DNA of 45,131 bases from Flavobacteriales bacterium (GCA_044375415.1 JBILMS010000025.1:1-45131), one strand, 5' to 3'. Shown: positions 18,068-28,671, numbered from the stretch's first letter. Notes: generated by a model from the letters alone, not told the origin. Translations and numbers: made by a program.

Positions 18068-18433
18068 ATGAAATTTGAAGTTGAACAGAAAGATAAAGTG
18101 GTAGTGATCAAAACGTTGGTCGAGAAACTTGATGCCATTCACGCTCCGGAATTAAAGTCGGAAGTAGTGATGCTCAACAAAACCGGTGTTAAAAATCTGA
18201 TTATGGATATGTCGGAAACCCGCTATATCGACTCTTCTGGATTGAGCGCTGTGCTTGTAGCAAATCGCCTATGTAGGGATTCCAACGGTACGTTTGTATT
18301 GTGTGGGCTACAAGATGGCGTAAAAAAGATCATTACAATTTCACAACTTGAAACTGTTTTGAAAATTACCCCAACTTCGAGCGAAGCCATGGACCTCGTG
18401 TACATGGAAGAAGTAGAAAGAGACCTTCAATAA
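18068..18433 (+). CDS. STAS-domain protein (anti-sigma-factor antagonist, SpoIIAA-like)
   Basis: MKFEVEQKDKVVVIKTLVEKLDAIHAPELKSEV...IDSSGLSAVL pattern typical of STAS/anti-anti-sigma proteins. Candidate TAnnTTTG-like TACTTTTG 17 nt upstream. Confidence 0.65.
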   Translation: MKFEVEQKDKVVVIKTLVEKLDAIHAPELKSEVVMLNKTGVKNLIMDMSETRYIDSSGLSAVLVANRLCRDSNGTFVLCGLQDGVKKIITISQLETVLKITPTSSEAMDLVYMEEVERDLQ

Positions 18434-18451
18434 ACCAAGATAACTTGAACG

Positions 18452-19258
18452 ATGAGTATGAAAAAAATACTACTTTCATTTTTAACCATATCTACTGCTG
18501 CAATCGCCTCGGCGCAGTGTGATCCTACCGCGCATGATTTTGGCTCTGCTGCTTTTGGCGTTTCTCCTGACCCTAATGCAGGTGAAAATTTCCAAGTGGC
18601 ATACTTAAATACACCTTTCAATGAGGTGGTGTATGTAAAAGTACCTACCAGTGCTGCCGATATTGATGAAACATATCCTGCCAGCGTGATGATTGATTCG
18701 CTTCGTTTGGAGGCAATCTATTATTTGGATGGAGATACTTATGTGGATATCGACAACTTAGGTTTGACCGTTACTTGCAACAACAATGATGAGTCTGCTG
18801 ATCCATGTATGTTTTTCCCGTCAGGTCAGTACTGCGGTGATATCTCGGGAACTCCGAACACGGCAGGTGTATTTAATACGAAAATTGATGTTACCGTATA
18901 CATCCTCGCATTTGGTATCCCAACTTCTATTCCGTACTCTTTTGAGAACTATACCCTCGAAGTAATTGATGGTGTGGGTGTGGAAGAGGATGTAGTTGCT
19001 GAGCTTACACTTGGTCAAAACAGCCCGAATCCGGCGAGCGTATATTCAGACATTAATTTTGAATTACCGAATAATCAAGAAGTGGAACTTATCGTTTCAA
19101 ACTTGGTCGGTAAGAAAGTATTTCAAAAGAAAGTGAACGCCAAAAAGGGAGCAAACAGCTACCGTATGGACGTCTCGAACTTCGAATCAGGAATTTATTT
19201 GTATAGCATACAAGCAGGTGATCGCAAGTACACCCGCAGAATGATGGTGCAGAAATAA
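18452..19258 (+). CDS. Secreted protein with T9SS C-terminal sorting domain
   Basis: Signal peptide. C-terminal LTLGQNSPNPASVYSDINFELP...GIYLYSIQAGDRKYTRRMMVQK, Por_Secre_tail-like. Confidence 0.6.
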   Translation: MSMKKILLSFLTISTAAIASAQCDPTAHDFGSAAFGVSPDPNAGENFQVAYLNTPFNEVVYVKVPTSAADIDETYPASVMIDSLRLEAIYYLDGDTYVDIDNLGLTVTCNNNDESADPCMFFPSGQYCGDISGTPNTAGVFNTKIDVTVYILAFGIPTSIPYSFENYTLEVIDGVGVEEDVVAELTLGQNSPNPASVYSDINFELPNNQEVELIVSNLVGKKVFQKKVNAKKGANSYRMDVSNFESGIYLYSIQAGDRKYTRRMMVQK

Positions 19259-19279
19259 TATTTGACATTTCGTCGAGAT

Positions 19280-19308
19280 AGGCTGCCCTCCGAGGCAGCC
19301 TTTTTTTT
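19280..19308 (+). terminator. Rho-independent terminator (AGGCTGCC-CTCCG-AGGCAGCCT + T8)
   Basis: 8-bp stem plus T8, immediately after the stop of the 18452 gene. Confidence 0.7.
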
Positions 19309-19384
19309 GCCGTTCAATATTTTATTCATTTTCGCAGCTCCAACTTTTCATTATCTTCATCGCGCCAAAACAAATTTTATTCCC

Positions 19385-19966
19385 ATGACCCTACTTTCTG
19401 TTAACGATTGGTGGAATACCCTCGATTCTGCTCATCAAATTTATTGGGGCATAGCCATTGCCGGCTCCTTGTTCCTCTTTATACTTCTAATCTTAGCTTT
19501 TGCCGGTGGTGAAACAGATCACGACTCTATTAGTGGTGATGTAACCGATGACTTTGATGGTGTCGGATTTCAGTTCTTTACTCTTAAAAACCTAGCCGGA
19601 TTTCTTACTGTATTCGGATGGACCGGACTTGCATGTATGCAAGTCGGTATGTCTGTTTTTGTAAGTTCCATTATCGCATTTGCTGCCGGAATTGCCATGA
19701 TGTTCGTTATGGCTTTTGTGTTTTATTCTCTGTTTAAACTTCAAGAAGACGGCACCATGAAAGTCGACAGTGCCATTGGTCGAACAGGTGAAGTCTACCT
19801 GACCATTCCTGCTGCGCGAGGTGGATACGGCAAAGTATTCGTCAATATCAATGGTGCGCAGCGAGAGTTAGATGCCCTTACAGATGAAACAAGTGATTTG
19901 ACAAGGGGCACCATTATAACAGTAAAACAAGTTATCGACCAGTCGAAATTGCTTGTTACTCGTTGA
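19385..19966 (+). CDS. NfeD-family membrane protein (flotillin-associated)
   Basis: Start placed after the terminator at the Met of MTLLSVNDWW. Four TM helices followed by a C-terminal OB-fold-like segment GEVYLTIPAARGGYGKVFVNINGAQRELDA...GTIITVKQV. Immediately upstream of the flotillin gene. Confidence 0.7.
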   Translation: MTLLSVNDWWNTLDSAHQIYWGIAIAGSLFLFILLILAFAGGETDHDSISGDVTDDFDGVGFQFFTLKNLAGFLTVFGWTGLACMQVGMSVFVSSIIAFAAGIAMMFVMAFVFYSLFKLQEDGTMKVDSAIGRTGEVYLTIPAARGGYGKVFVNINGAQRELDALTDETSDLTRGTIITVKQVIDQSKLLVTR

Positions 19967-20013
19967 TATATCACCCATAACCCATAACCCATAACCCTTA
20001 ACCCGATCAGACT

Positions 20014-21546
20014 ATGGATTTGCCAATTCCTATTTATGCCATTATAGCGGCAGTTTTCTTTTTTGTAATCTTGTTAATGGCGGCTCTGCGACGTTACAAG
20101 CGTTGTCCATCCGACCGGATTTTGGTTGTCTATGGTAAAGTAGGAAAAGGATCCGACGATATGAATCGCTCTGCGAAATGTATTCATGGGGGGGCTGCTT
20201 TTGTATGGCCTGTTATTCAAGACTATGCGTTCATGGATCTAACACCCATGAGTATAGAGGTGGATTTGGCGAATGCCCTTTCTCGACAAAACATTCGTGT
20301 AAACGTTCCGAGCCGATTCACAGTAGCCATCAGCAATGAACCCGGAGTAATGGAAAATGCTGCAGAACGTTTGTTAGGTTTGGCTCGTCAGCAAATCCAC
20401 GATCTCGCAAAGGATATTATATTCGGTCAGCTTCGACTTGTTGTTGCCACAATGGATATCGAGGAAATCAACAACAACCGCGATAAATTCCTTCAAAACA
20501 TTTCTAGTAACCTCGAAGCCGAATTGAAAAAAATCGGTTTGAAGTTGATAAACGTGAACGTTACCGATATCACGGATGAGAGCGGTTACATCGAAGCTTT
20601 GGGTAAAGAAGCAGCTGCTCAAGCGATCAATAATGCAAAGAAGAGTGTAGCCGAACAAAACCGCGACGGTAGCATTGGAGAAGCAAATGCCATGCAAGAT
20701 CAGCGTACCAAAGTAGCAAGCTTAAATGCGGAAGCCATGATTGGTGAAGCTGCAGCAAATCAAAAGGAACGTGTACAAGTAGCCAGTGCAAATGCGGAAG
20801 CCATGATTGGTGAAGCCACGGCTCGTCAGAAAGAACGTATTCAAGTGGCAGACGCCGACGCACGTTCTATAGAAGGTGAAAACACAGCTAAAATTGATGT
20901 TGCTAAATCGAATGCAACTCGCCGTGAAATGGAAGCGGAGGCGACTCGTCGTGCGATCGCCGCGGAGAAAGTAAAAGAAGCGAAAGCCTTAGAAGAATCT
21001 TACGATGCCCAGCGTATGGCCGAAGTACAGCGTGCCGAAAGAGATAAGGCCTCTCGTATGGCGGATATCATTATCCCTGCAGAAATCGAAAAAACCAGAA
21101 TTGAAATCGAAGCTGAAGCACATGCCGAAATGGTTCGCAGAAAAGCCAAAGGGGAAGCAGATGCAACTTTCCTAAAAATGGAAGCCGAAGCGCGAGGTCT
21201 TTTCGAAGTAATGAGCAAACAAGCCGAAGGTTTCAAATTGATGGTTACGGCTGCCGGCAACGACTCCAACAATGCTGTATTGATGATGATCGCCGATAAA
21301 CTTCCTGAATTGGTAAAACTTCAAGCCGACGCGATTAAGAATATCAAGATCGATAAAGTTACGGTTTGGGACGGCGGTAACGGAGGTGCAGATGGTAAAA
21401 CAAGCACCGCAAATTTCGTTTCCGGACTCTACAAAAGCGTTCCTCCACTGGAAGAAATGTTCAACATGGCAGGAATGCAATTACCTAAATATTTGAAAGG
21501 AGATAAGGTGGAAGAAGGCACGAGCCCAAATCCAAGCGCTGAATAA
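20014..21546 (+). CDS. Flotillin / SPFH (band-7) domain protein, YqiK-like
   Basis: N-terminal TM helix. SPFH core. Long alanine/glutamate-rich coiled-coil with internal repeats (NAEAMIGEAxAxQKERxQVA twice). Confidence 0.8.
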   Translation: MDLPIPIYAIIAAVFFFVILLMAALRRYKRCPSDRILVVYGKVGKGSDDMNRSAKCIHGGAAFVWPVIQDYAFMDLTPMSIEVDLANALSRQNIRVNVPSRFTVAISNEPGVMENAAERLLGLARQQIHDLAKDIIFGQLRLVVATMDIEEINNNRDKFLQNISSNLEAELKKIGLKLINVNVTDITDESGYIEALGKEAAAQAINNAKKSVAEQNRDGSIGEANAMQDQRTKVASLNAEAMIGEAAANQKERVQVASANAEAMIGEATARQKERIQVADADARSIEGENTAKIDVAKSNATRREMEAEATRRAIAAEKVKEAKALEESYDAQRMAEVQRAERDKASRMADIIIPAEIEKTRIEIEAEAHAEMVRRKAKGEADATFLKMEAEARGLFEVMSKQAEGFKLMVTAAGNDSNNAVLMMIADKLPELVKLQADAIKNIKIDKVTVWDGGNGGADGKTSTANFVSGLYKSVPPLEEMFNMAGMQLPKYLKGDKVEEGTSPNPSAE

Positions 21547-21548
21547 TC

Positions 21549-22376
21549 TTATCTCTTTTTTAATCGAAGACAAGCCCAATCATTTTGTTCGCTTTGTTTA
21601 ATGAGATCGTAGTTCTCAAAAGCGGCCAAAATGATAGGTACGTCGGATGTGTAAAATCCACTCAGAAGGATTTCTCCGCCCGAACTTAAACACTCGGAAT
21701 AAATAGCTTGGTCATTCACCAAAATATTGCGATTGATATTGGCTAAAATGATATCGTACGTTTTACCCTTGAGTAAAGAAGCATCTCCTAAAAGAGCGGT
21801 GATATGGTGAGATCCATTGCGTTCGAGATTTTCTTTACAATTTTCGAAAGCCCATTCTTCTATATCAATAGCATCAATGAATTTGGCGCCGCATTGTTCG
21901 GCGAGAATAGCAAGCACACCTGTGCCACTGCCCATATCGAGTATTGTTTTGTCTTGAAGCTCGAGCCCTAAAATCATTTCACACATGAGCCAAGTGGTAC
22001 TGTGATGACCGGTGCCAAACGACATTTTAGGTTCAATTTCAATTCTATGAGGAAAATGTTCTTCAACCTTGTGAAAAGGAGCATGAATTAAAATTTGATC
22101 GTGAACGCGAATTGGTGTAAAGTTTTTTTCCCACTCTTCATTCCAATTTTTAGTTGCAATTTCGGTGCGTACTAATTCTATGGAAGCCTCACCCAATAGG
22201 TCTTCTAGGAGCGTTAATACAAAAGAAGTTTCTAAGGTCGAATCGCGTGTATAGGCTTTTAACCCACCGGGATATTCCTCGAAACTGTCGAACGACAAAT
22301 CTTCGATATAGGCTAATACTACATCGCGAAATGGAACAATAGGATCTATTTTAAAATCGAATTCGAAGTAGTTCAC
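21549..22376 (-). CDS. prmA: Ribosomal protein L11 methyltransferase
   Basis: SAM-binding DMGSGTGVLAI. 275 aa. PrmA-typical N-terminal domain. Confidence 0.8.
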   Translation of the reverse strand: MNYFEFDFKIDPIVPFRDVVLAYIEDLSFDSFEEYPGGLKAYTRDSTLETSFVLTLLEDLLGEASIELVRTEIATKNWNEEWEKNFTPIRVHDQILIHAPFHKVEEHFPHRIEIEPKMSFGTGHHSTTWLMCEMILGLELQDKTILDMGSGTGVLAILAEQCGAKFIDAIDIEEWAFENCKENLERNGSHHITALLGDASLLKGKTYDIILANINRNILVNDQAIYSECLSSGGEILLSGFYTSDVPIILAAFENYDLIKQSEQNDWACLRLKKR

Positions 22377-23131
22377 TTACCTGCAATTTGGATTAGTTCA
22401 ACAAAATCGTGACTATGAAGTGATGCTCCGCCGATCAATCCTCCGTCTACATTAGGACAACTCATTATCTCGTGCGCGTTCGAAGGCTTCATGCTACCTC
22501 CGTAGAGAATTTGAATGTTCTCCGCAGCCTCTAGCCCAAAGTTCTCCTCAATCAGTAATCGAATAAATGAATGCACTTCTTCAATCTGATCTGAGGTGGC
22601 TGTAAGCCCCGTGCCAATAGCCCATACCGGTTCATAAGCGATCACAGTGCCCTTCAGTTGGTCTTTTTCAGGAGTGATTAGCGCATTCTCAATTTGTTTG
22701 TGCAAGACTTCAAAGTGCGAACCTGACTTTCGTTCCTCTAAACTTTCTCCAATACAAAAGATCGGTTTTACGTGATTGCGAATGCAGCCGGCCACTTTTA
22801 ATTTCAGTAGTTCGTCGGTTTCGTGATAATAAGTTCGACGTTCGCTATGACCGATGATGCAATAGGGAATACTCATATCGTGGAGCATAGCAGGTGATAT
22901 CTCGCCCGTAAATGCTCCGAAATCGTGTTGATTGCAATTTTGAGCTGCAAGATCAAACGCAGGGTCGTGCATTAGTAGTAAGTTGCCCATAAAGAGGGCA
23001 GGTGGGGCGATAATCACCTGAACGTTATCGGGAAAGGAGTTTCTTTCCTCATTTATTTTAGTGGCCAAAGACATAGCTGTATCCAGCGTATTGTTCATTT
23101 TCCAATTGCCTGCAATTATTTTTTTCCTCAT
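22373..23131 (-). CDS. tpiA: Triose-phosphate isomerase
   Basis: MRKKIIAGNWKMN start. AYEPVWAIGTG and GGASL motifs. Start set at the internal Met of ORF 22373..23251. Confidence 0.9.
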   Translation of the reverse strand: MRKKIIAGNWKMNNTLDTAMSLATKINEERNSFPDNVQVIIAPPALFMGNLLLMHDPAFDLAAQNCNQHDFGAFTGEISPAMLHDMSIPYCIIGHSERRTYYHETDELLKLKVAGCIRNHVKPIFCIGESLEERKSGSHFEVLHKQIENALITPEKDQLKGTVIAYEPVWAIGTGLTATSDQIEEVHSFIRLLIEENFGLEAAENIQILYGGSMKPSNAHEIMSCPNVDGGLIGGASLHSHDFVELIQIAGK

Positions 23132-23188
23132 ACTGTACATTAATTCACTTTGCGAATGTACTTTGTTGCCTCTTAAGATGAGTAGAGA

Positions 23189-25096
23189 TTGAGGATTCCT
23201 GAAGAAATATTGAAGACTTATTGGGGTTTTCCGACTTTTCGTCCAAACCAAAAGGAGATTATCGGAACCATCCTATCCGGCGAAGACGTACTCGCACTGC
23301 TTCCTACCGGAGGGGGTAAAAGCATTTGTTTTCAGGTGCCGGCTCTTTGTATGGATGGTTTATGCCTGGTGGTTTCTCCCTTGGTAGCCCTCATGCAAGA
23401 TCAGGTCGAAAATCTCAAAAGAAATAAAATTAATGCCTATGCAATTACTAGTGCACTAGCTCACCGCGAAGTAGATCGCATCCTCGACAATTGTGTTTAT
23501 GGGGATGTGAAGTTCCTTTATGTTTCTCCGGAAAGATTACAATCTACCCTGTTTATAGAGCGGTTTAAGAAGATGAAAATTTCCTTTATCGCTGTCGATG
23601 AAGCCCATTGTATCTCTCAATGGGGTTATGATTTCCGGCCACCATACCTGCAAATTGCTGAAATACGCGAACTGAAACCTGATGTGGCAGTCATGGCTTT
23701 AACGGCTTCAGCTACAGTGGATGTAGTGCAGGACATCATGGACAAACTGAAGTTCAAAGCGCCTAAGATTATTAAGTCTTCGTTCGCACGACCTAATCTT
23801 TCATACTTAGTTGAGTATTCAGAAGACAAGGAAAACAGGATGCTCGACATAATTAGCAAAACACACGGATCGTGTATTGTGTATTGCAACTCTCGACAAC
23901 AGACTAGAATACTCGCGAATAGAGTGGCGGCAGCGGGCATTACAGCTGGACATTACCATGCCGGCATGGCGCATGATGAACGCGAAATGGCCTATCAATC
24001 TTGGAAAGGCGGAGATGTTCGCGTGATGTGTGCTACGAACGCATTTGGAATGGGAATCGATAAACCCGATGTTAGATTAGTCGTGCATCTCTCCTTGCCC
24101 CAAAGTTTAGAAGCTTATTTTCAGGAAGCGGGGAGAGGTGGACGAGACGGCGGAAAATCTTATGCAGTGCTGTTGTACAATAAGTCTGATTTGATAGATG
24201 CAGAGTCTAAAATTGAACAGAGATATCCTTCCATAGATAACATCCGAAAAGTATATCGAAGTATTTCATCGATACTTCAACTCGCTATTGGAGCCGGAAT
24301 GGGAGTTTGCTATGAAGTGGATTTACATCATCTTGCGGAGAAATACGAGCTCAAATACAGCGATGTAATTTATTCATTACAGATCTTATCCAATGCGGGT
24401 TTCCTCACTTTCGAAGAAAAGATGTGGCAGCCATCAAGACTCATGTTTTTAGTCAATAAAAATGAACTTTATAGCTATCAAGTCGCAAATCCGCAATGGG
24501 ATATTTTTATACGCGGTTTGCTTCGAACCTATGGTGGACTCTTTGAAAACTACGTCAACATACATGAAAATGAACTCGCTAAAAACATGCACATCTCTCA
24601 TACGCAAGTGTATGAAGGCTTGAATAAACTGAAAGGTTTTATGATAGTCGATTATCAGAAAACATCCGATGCTCCGAAGATTACTTTTCTCACCGGACGT
24701 ATGCGCGATGAGAATATTATCCTAACGAAAGCAGTGTATGCCGATCGTATGGCCGATGAAAAAAAGAGAATGAAGGCTATACGTGCTTATGTGGAACATG
24801 AGATTTGTCGCAGTGTACAGCTACTTTCCTATTTTGGAGAAAAGGACTCCGACAATTGCGGGGTGTGTGATATCTGTCGGAAAAATAAAACCAAGCCTAT
24901 AAGCGAACATGAATACGATAATCTTGAAAGCAAGGTGAATGTCCTATTAACCGAATCTCCGAAGACGATCGAACAGATTTTAGAATCTCTTTCGGAAGAA
25001 AATAAAGATGATGTCTATAACCTCATTCGATGGAAATTGGATCATAAACAATGGGTGATGAGTAGTGAGTTTAATATTTCTATTAAAAACAATTAA
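23189..25096 (+). CDS. recQ: ATP-dependent DNA helicase RecQ
   Basis: LLPTGGGKS, DEAHC and YHAGM motifs. RecQ zinc-binding CGVCDIC. Confidence 0.85.
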   Translation: MRIPEEILKTYWGFPTFRPNQKEIIGTILSGEDVLALLPTGGGKSICFQVPALCMDGLCLVVSPLVALMQDQVENLKRNKINAYAITSALAHREVDRILDNCVYGDVKFLYVSPERLQSTLFIERFKKMKISFIAVDEAHCISQWGYDFRPPYLQIAEIRELKPDVAVMALTASATVDVVQDIMDKLKFKAPKIIKSSFARPNLSYLVEYSEDKENRMLDIISKTHGSCIVYCNSRQQTRILANRVAAAGITAGHYHAGMAHDEREMAYQSWKGGDVRVMCATNAFGMGIDKPDVRLVVHLSLPQSLEAYFQEAGRGGRDGGKSYAVLLYNKSDLIDAESKIEQRYPSIDNIRKVYRSISSILQLAIGAGMGVCYEVDLHHLAEKYELKYSDVIYSLQILSNAGFLTFEEKMWQPSRLMFLVNKNELYSYQVANPQWDIFIRGLLRTYGGLFENYVNIHENELAKNMHISHTQVYEGLNKLKGFMIVDYQKTSDAPKITFLTGRMRDENIILTKAVYADRMADEKKRMKAIRAYVEHEICRSVQLLSYFGEKDSDNCGVCDICRKNKTKPISEHEYDNLESKVNVLLTESPKTIEQILESLSEENKDDVYNLIRWKLDHKQWVMSSEFNISIKNN

Positions 25097-25281
25097 CGTT
25101 CGGAATATTTGTCCTTTCCAAGACCACACCAAAATTACTAGCGCAAGGGCGCACAGAGGTTAGGCAAAGTAGCACCAAGGTTAAGTGGTACAGTTTTTTT
25201 CATGCGGTTGAGTACAGGGGCTATTTATTTACTTTACGAACCATTGCTTTACCCTAGCGCGCTATTGCGATACAAACGAGT

Positions 25282-26388
25282 TTAAAATCGAAGTACACTA
25301 ACCAACTGCTCATATCTCTCTTGAACCCATTCCGAATCTTTCGAGAAATATTCTAGACTTAGCTCATGATTTTTTCTCTTCCTTTCCCGACTTGGTTTTT
25401 GGAGTATGGGAATAGAATCGGTGATTACATAACCGCAATTTTGTTCTTTCACAAAAGCGGAAAAATCTCCGAGTTTAGGGGATAATAGAACCGACAATCC
25501 GGCGTGCAGGTATTCGGCAAATTTCACCGGCGATGCCACTTGATTAGTCACTTTATCATCGCGAAGTAATATCCCGTAATCGCAGGCTCCAAGCACCTTG
25601 TAAACATCGTCGTGAGAAACAAATCTTCGGCAACAACGAAGAGGATATTGGTCGATTAAACGTTCGATTGCAGCGTTTTCTGTGGTTAGAAATATTACTT
25701 CCACATTGGCTTGCTTGGCCATCAAATTTTCTAATAACTGAACTACCAAATCGAACGATTGCCAACCACTGGTACTGCCGGAATAGATAACTCGAATTAC
25801 AGAAGGATCAGATGAAAACTCATCCGTGAAACCATCTTCATCGGCGGCAGAATAAGTGAGTGTTGACGGTATAACCACATGTTTTGAATCCGAGTAATTG
25901 AACATACCTCTCCAATACTCTACAAGTTTTTGAGATACTGCAATTCTGAAGTCACTTTCCAATACGGCTCGTTTTTCACAAATGGCTAAATCGGCGCTTA
26001 GGGCATTGTTTCCGGAGGTTACATCATATTCTTCAACTTCGGCTTTTACGGCAGCTCTTCCGTCGTACACTACTTTCTTAAATAATCCTTTAGCAAGACA
26101 AACCGCAACAGGTCCTCTGCAGATGGCAGAAGCATTTCGACGCATAAAAAAAAGTAAAAGCAGGCGGTACCATTTCCATCGTGTGATCCCTAAAAACATA
26201 GGAATGGCTACGAACGAAATATTCTGTTCGCGCAGATAGGCCCTGTTTTTCTGATAAGATTGTCGAGGAAAAAAGGCGATAAGTTTTACATCTTGTCCGC
26301 TTTTTTTTTGCAATAAACTAATTACTCCTATCACCTGACTTTGATAGATTCCCGAAGACTGATCGTTAAATGTGATGAAGTAGATCAT
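25282..26388 (-). CDS. Putative GT-B fold glycosyltransferase (group-1-like C-terminal domain)
   Basis: C-terminal half resembles a GT4 catalytic domain (VIYSGSTSGWQSFDLV...KFAEYLHAGLSVLL). 4-nt overlap with wecB upstream. Confidence 0.4.
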   Translation of the reverse strand: MIYFITFNDQSSGIYQSQVIGVISLLQKKSGQDVKLIAFFPRQSYQKNRAYLREQNISFVAIPMFLGITRWKWYRLLLLFFMRRNASAICRGPVAVCLAKGLFKKVVYDGRAAVKAEVEEYDVTSGNNALSADLAICEKRAVLESDFRIAVSQKLVEYWRGMFNYSDSKHVVIPSTLTYSAADEDGFTDEFSSDPSVIRVIYSGSTSGWQSFDLVVQLLENLMAKQANVEVIFLTTENAAIERLIDQYPLRCCRRFVSHDDVYKVLGACDYGILLRDDKVTNQVASPVKFAEYLHAGLSVLLSPKLGDFSAFVKEQNCGYVITDSIPILQKPSRERKRKNHELSLEYFSKDSEWVQERYEQLVSVLRF

Positions 26389-27479
26389 CGTGCAAGGATG
26401 CTCATGATTCGTTCAGTAGCTTTGCCGTCCCACAATTCGGGAATACTTCCTGTTTTATAGGTTCCCTTTTCTATATCGGAAATATATTGATTCAAAATAT
26501 CCAAGTCGAAGGGGATCAGCGTATTGGTGCCCGTAGTTATAGTCACCGGACGTTCCGTATTTTCTCTTAATGTTAAACAGGGCACTCTGCAATAAGTTGA
26601 TTCCTCTTGAATTCCACCGCTATCGGTAAGGATGAATTTAGCATGTTGAATCAGTTTTTGAAATTCGAAATAACCAATGGGTTCTGACATTACGAGTTGT
26701 TTGATCTGATCAAAAGCATCTTTTAGACCAAACTGATTCATGCGTTGGATCGTTCGAGGATGAATCGGAAAAACGATCTTATATCGATCCGATAAACGAG
26801 AAATCAAGGAGAGCAACTTTTCGAGTCCCTCGCGATTATCTACATTCGACGGACGATGTATCGTCATAAGCACATATTTTTTGTCCTCTAGTTGAAGATC
26901 ATTTAATATAGTGGATCGCTGTATTTCCTCTTGAAATCCCACGAGAGAGTCGATCATCGTATTGCCTCCAAAATGTACTTCACCTTTTCGACCCTCCGAC
27001 TTTAAATGTTCGATTCCACTTGGTTCGGTGACAAAATATAAATCACTGATTTCATCGGTCAAAAGACGGTTTATTTCTTCCGGCATCGTGCGATCAAAAC
27101 TTCTTAATCCACTCTCAAGATGAGCCAATCGTATGTTCATTTTATTGGCCACAATGGCACCGGCAAGCGTAGAGTTAACATCGCCCGGAACAATCAAAAC
27201 GTCAGGTTGAAAGGTATCCTCCATCAACTTTGCAAGACGGATCATGATTTCACCCATTTGAATAGCCGGGCTGGTCATAGGAATGTTCAAGAAATAATCC
27301 GGTTGCAATTCAAACTGTTTGAAAAAAACATTTGCCATCTTTTCGTCGGAATGCTGACCGGTATGGACGATGCGAAGATCCACTCCCGGATACAATGCAG
27401 CCACTCGCTTGAATAAGGTGACTTTTATAAAGTTAGGTCGTGTCCCAACTAGAATAAGGATGTTCATTTTTAAAGACAT
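26385..27479 (-). CDS. wecB: UDP-N-acetylglucosamine 2-epimerase (non-hydrolysing)
   Basis: MNILILVGTRPNFIKV start. DSGGIQEE motif. 364 aa. Confidence 0.85.
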   Translation of the reverse strand: MSLKMNILILVGTRPNFIKVTLFKRVAALYPGVDLRIVHTGQHSDEKMANVFFKQFELQPDYFLNIPMTSPAIQMGEIMIRLAKLMEDTFQPDVLIVPGDVNSTLAGAIVANKMNIRLAHLESGLRSFDRTMPEEINRLLTDEISDLYFVTEPSGIEHLKSEGRKGEVHFGGNTMIDSLVGFQEEIQRSTILNDLQLEDKKYVLMTIHRPSNVDNREGLEKLLSLISRLSDRYKIVFPIHPRTIQRMNQFGLKDAFDQIKQLVMSEPIGYFEFQKLIQHAKFILTDSGGIQEESTYCRVPCLTLRENTERPVTITTGTNTLIPFDLDILNQYISDIEKGTYKTGSIPELWDGKATERIMSILAR

Positions 27480-27620
27480 ATCGCAAATTGCAGGTGCTCA
27501 AAAGTAGACTTTTTGATGATGTCTGCGGGATGGATAGGACTAGGTTGTTATCAAGAATATTCACAACACGTATAGCTCCCGTTTTCGGGTTTAGTTCGTT
27601 TCGGAAGTATCTTTAAGCCC

Positions 27621-28649
27621 ATGAAAAGAAACATCGCAATAATTATTTGTTCTCTAAGCACGTATATGGTTTCCGCGCAGGACTGGACTCTGGTGTGGTC
27701 AGATGAGTTCTCGGGAACCTCCGTTGATCCTGCCAATTGGAACTTCGAAACCGGTGGTGGCGGATGGGGAAACAACGAATCACAATATTATACAAATCAA
27801 CCCGCAAACGCTATTGTTGAAAATGGCGAATTACAGATCATAGCAAAAGAGCAAACGCTTGGTGTTTATGACTACACAAGTGCACGTATGATTACACGAT
27901 ACCTTCATAGCTGGATGTACGGTAAAGTGGAAGCCCGCATTAAATTGCCCATGGGACAAGGTATTTGGCCTGCATTCTGGATGCTCGGCGACAACATTGG
28001 TCAGGTCGGTTGGCCGCAGTGCGGAGAAATAGATGTAATGGAACACGTGAATAATGAAAACATGACTCATGGAACCATGCATTGGAATTACAATGGACAT
28101 CAGTATTATGGAGGAAGCACTTCGCATGACCCCACCGAATACCACGTTTATTCAATAGAATGGGACGAAAACAATATCAAGTGGTTTGTGGATGGCGTGC
28201 AATATCACAATGGAAATATTGCCAATAACGTCAACAATACCGATGAATTTCATCACCCGTTTTTCATATTGTTAAATGTGGCAGTGGGAGGCAATTGGCC
28301 TGGATATCCCGATGAAACTACGGTTTTTCCAGCTACTATGTACGTGGATTATGTTCGAGTATATCAGCAGAATGTGGTGGGAATAGAAGATTATTTTTCA
28401 AACGACAAACCAATTGTTTATCCCAATCCATCAAAAGATGTATTTCATGTAGCCCTTCCTGAGAACTTTGAGAGCACACTTGAAATGAGCCTAACTGATG
28501 TGATGGGCAAAGAAGTAACATTCGAAAAATCTGTTGTCTCGAATCAGCAACTTGAGTTAAATCTTTCTAATCTAAATGCCGGAACCTATCTGTTGAAGCT
28601 CTATTCAAAAGAGGAAACATACAATATTCGGCTAATCAAATTTGACTGA
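27621..28649 (+). CDS. Glycoside hydrolase family 16 (beta-glucanase/laminarinase-like) with T9SS C-terminal domain
   Basis: Signal peptide. GH16 catalytic motif GEIDVMEH. C-terminal IVYPNPSKDVFHVALP...GTYLLKLYSKEETYNIRLIKFD. Confidence 0.8.
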   Translation: MKRNIAIIICSLSTYMVSAQDWTLVWSDEFSGTSVDPANWNFETGGGGWGNNESQYYTNQPANAIVENGELQIIAKEQTLGVYDYTSARMITRYLHSWMYGKVEARIKLPMGQGIWPAFWMLGDNIGQVGWPQCGEIDVMEHVNNENMTHGTMHWNYNGHQYYGGSTSHDPTEYHVYSIEWDENNIKWFVDGVQYHNGNIANNVNNTDEFHHPFFILLNVAVGGNWPGYPDETTVFPATMYVDYVRVYQQNVVGIEDYFSNDKPIVYPNPSKDVFHVALPENFESTLEMSLTDVMGKEVTFEKSVVSNQQLELNLSNLNAGTYLLKLYSKEETYNIRLIKFD

Positions 28650-28671
28650 TATACCTAGTAATCACATAGTG

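Noticed and set aside
20374-21480. Minus-strand ORFs antisense to the flotillin gene (107, 78, 90 and 102 aa)
   Set aside because: They arise from the alanine/glutamate-rich coiled-coil coding region (GC-rich, stop-poor antisense). They have no independent support.
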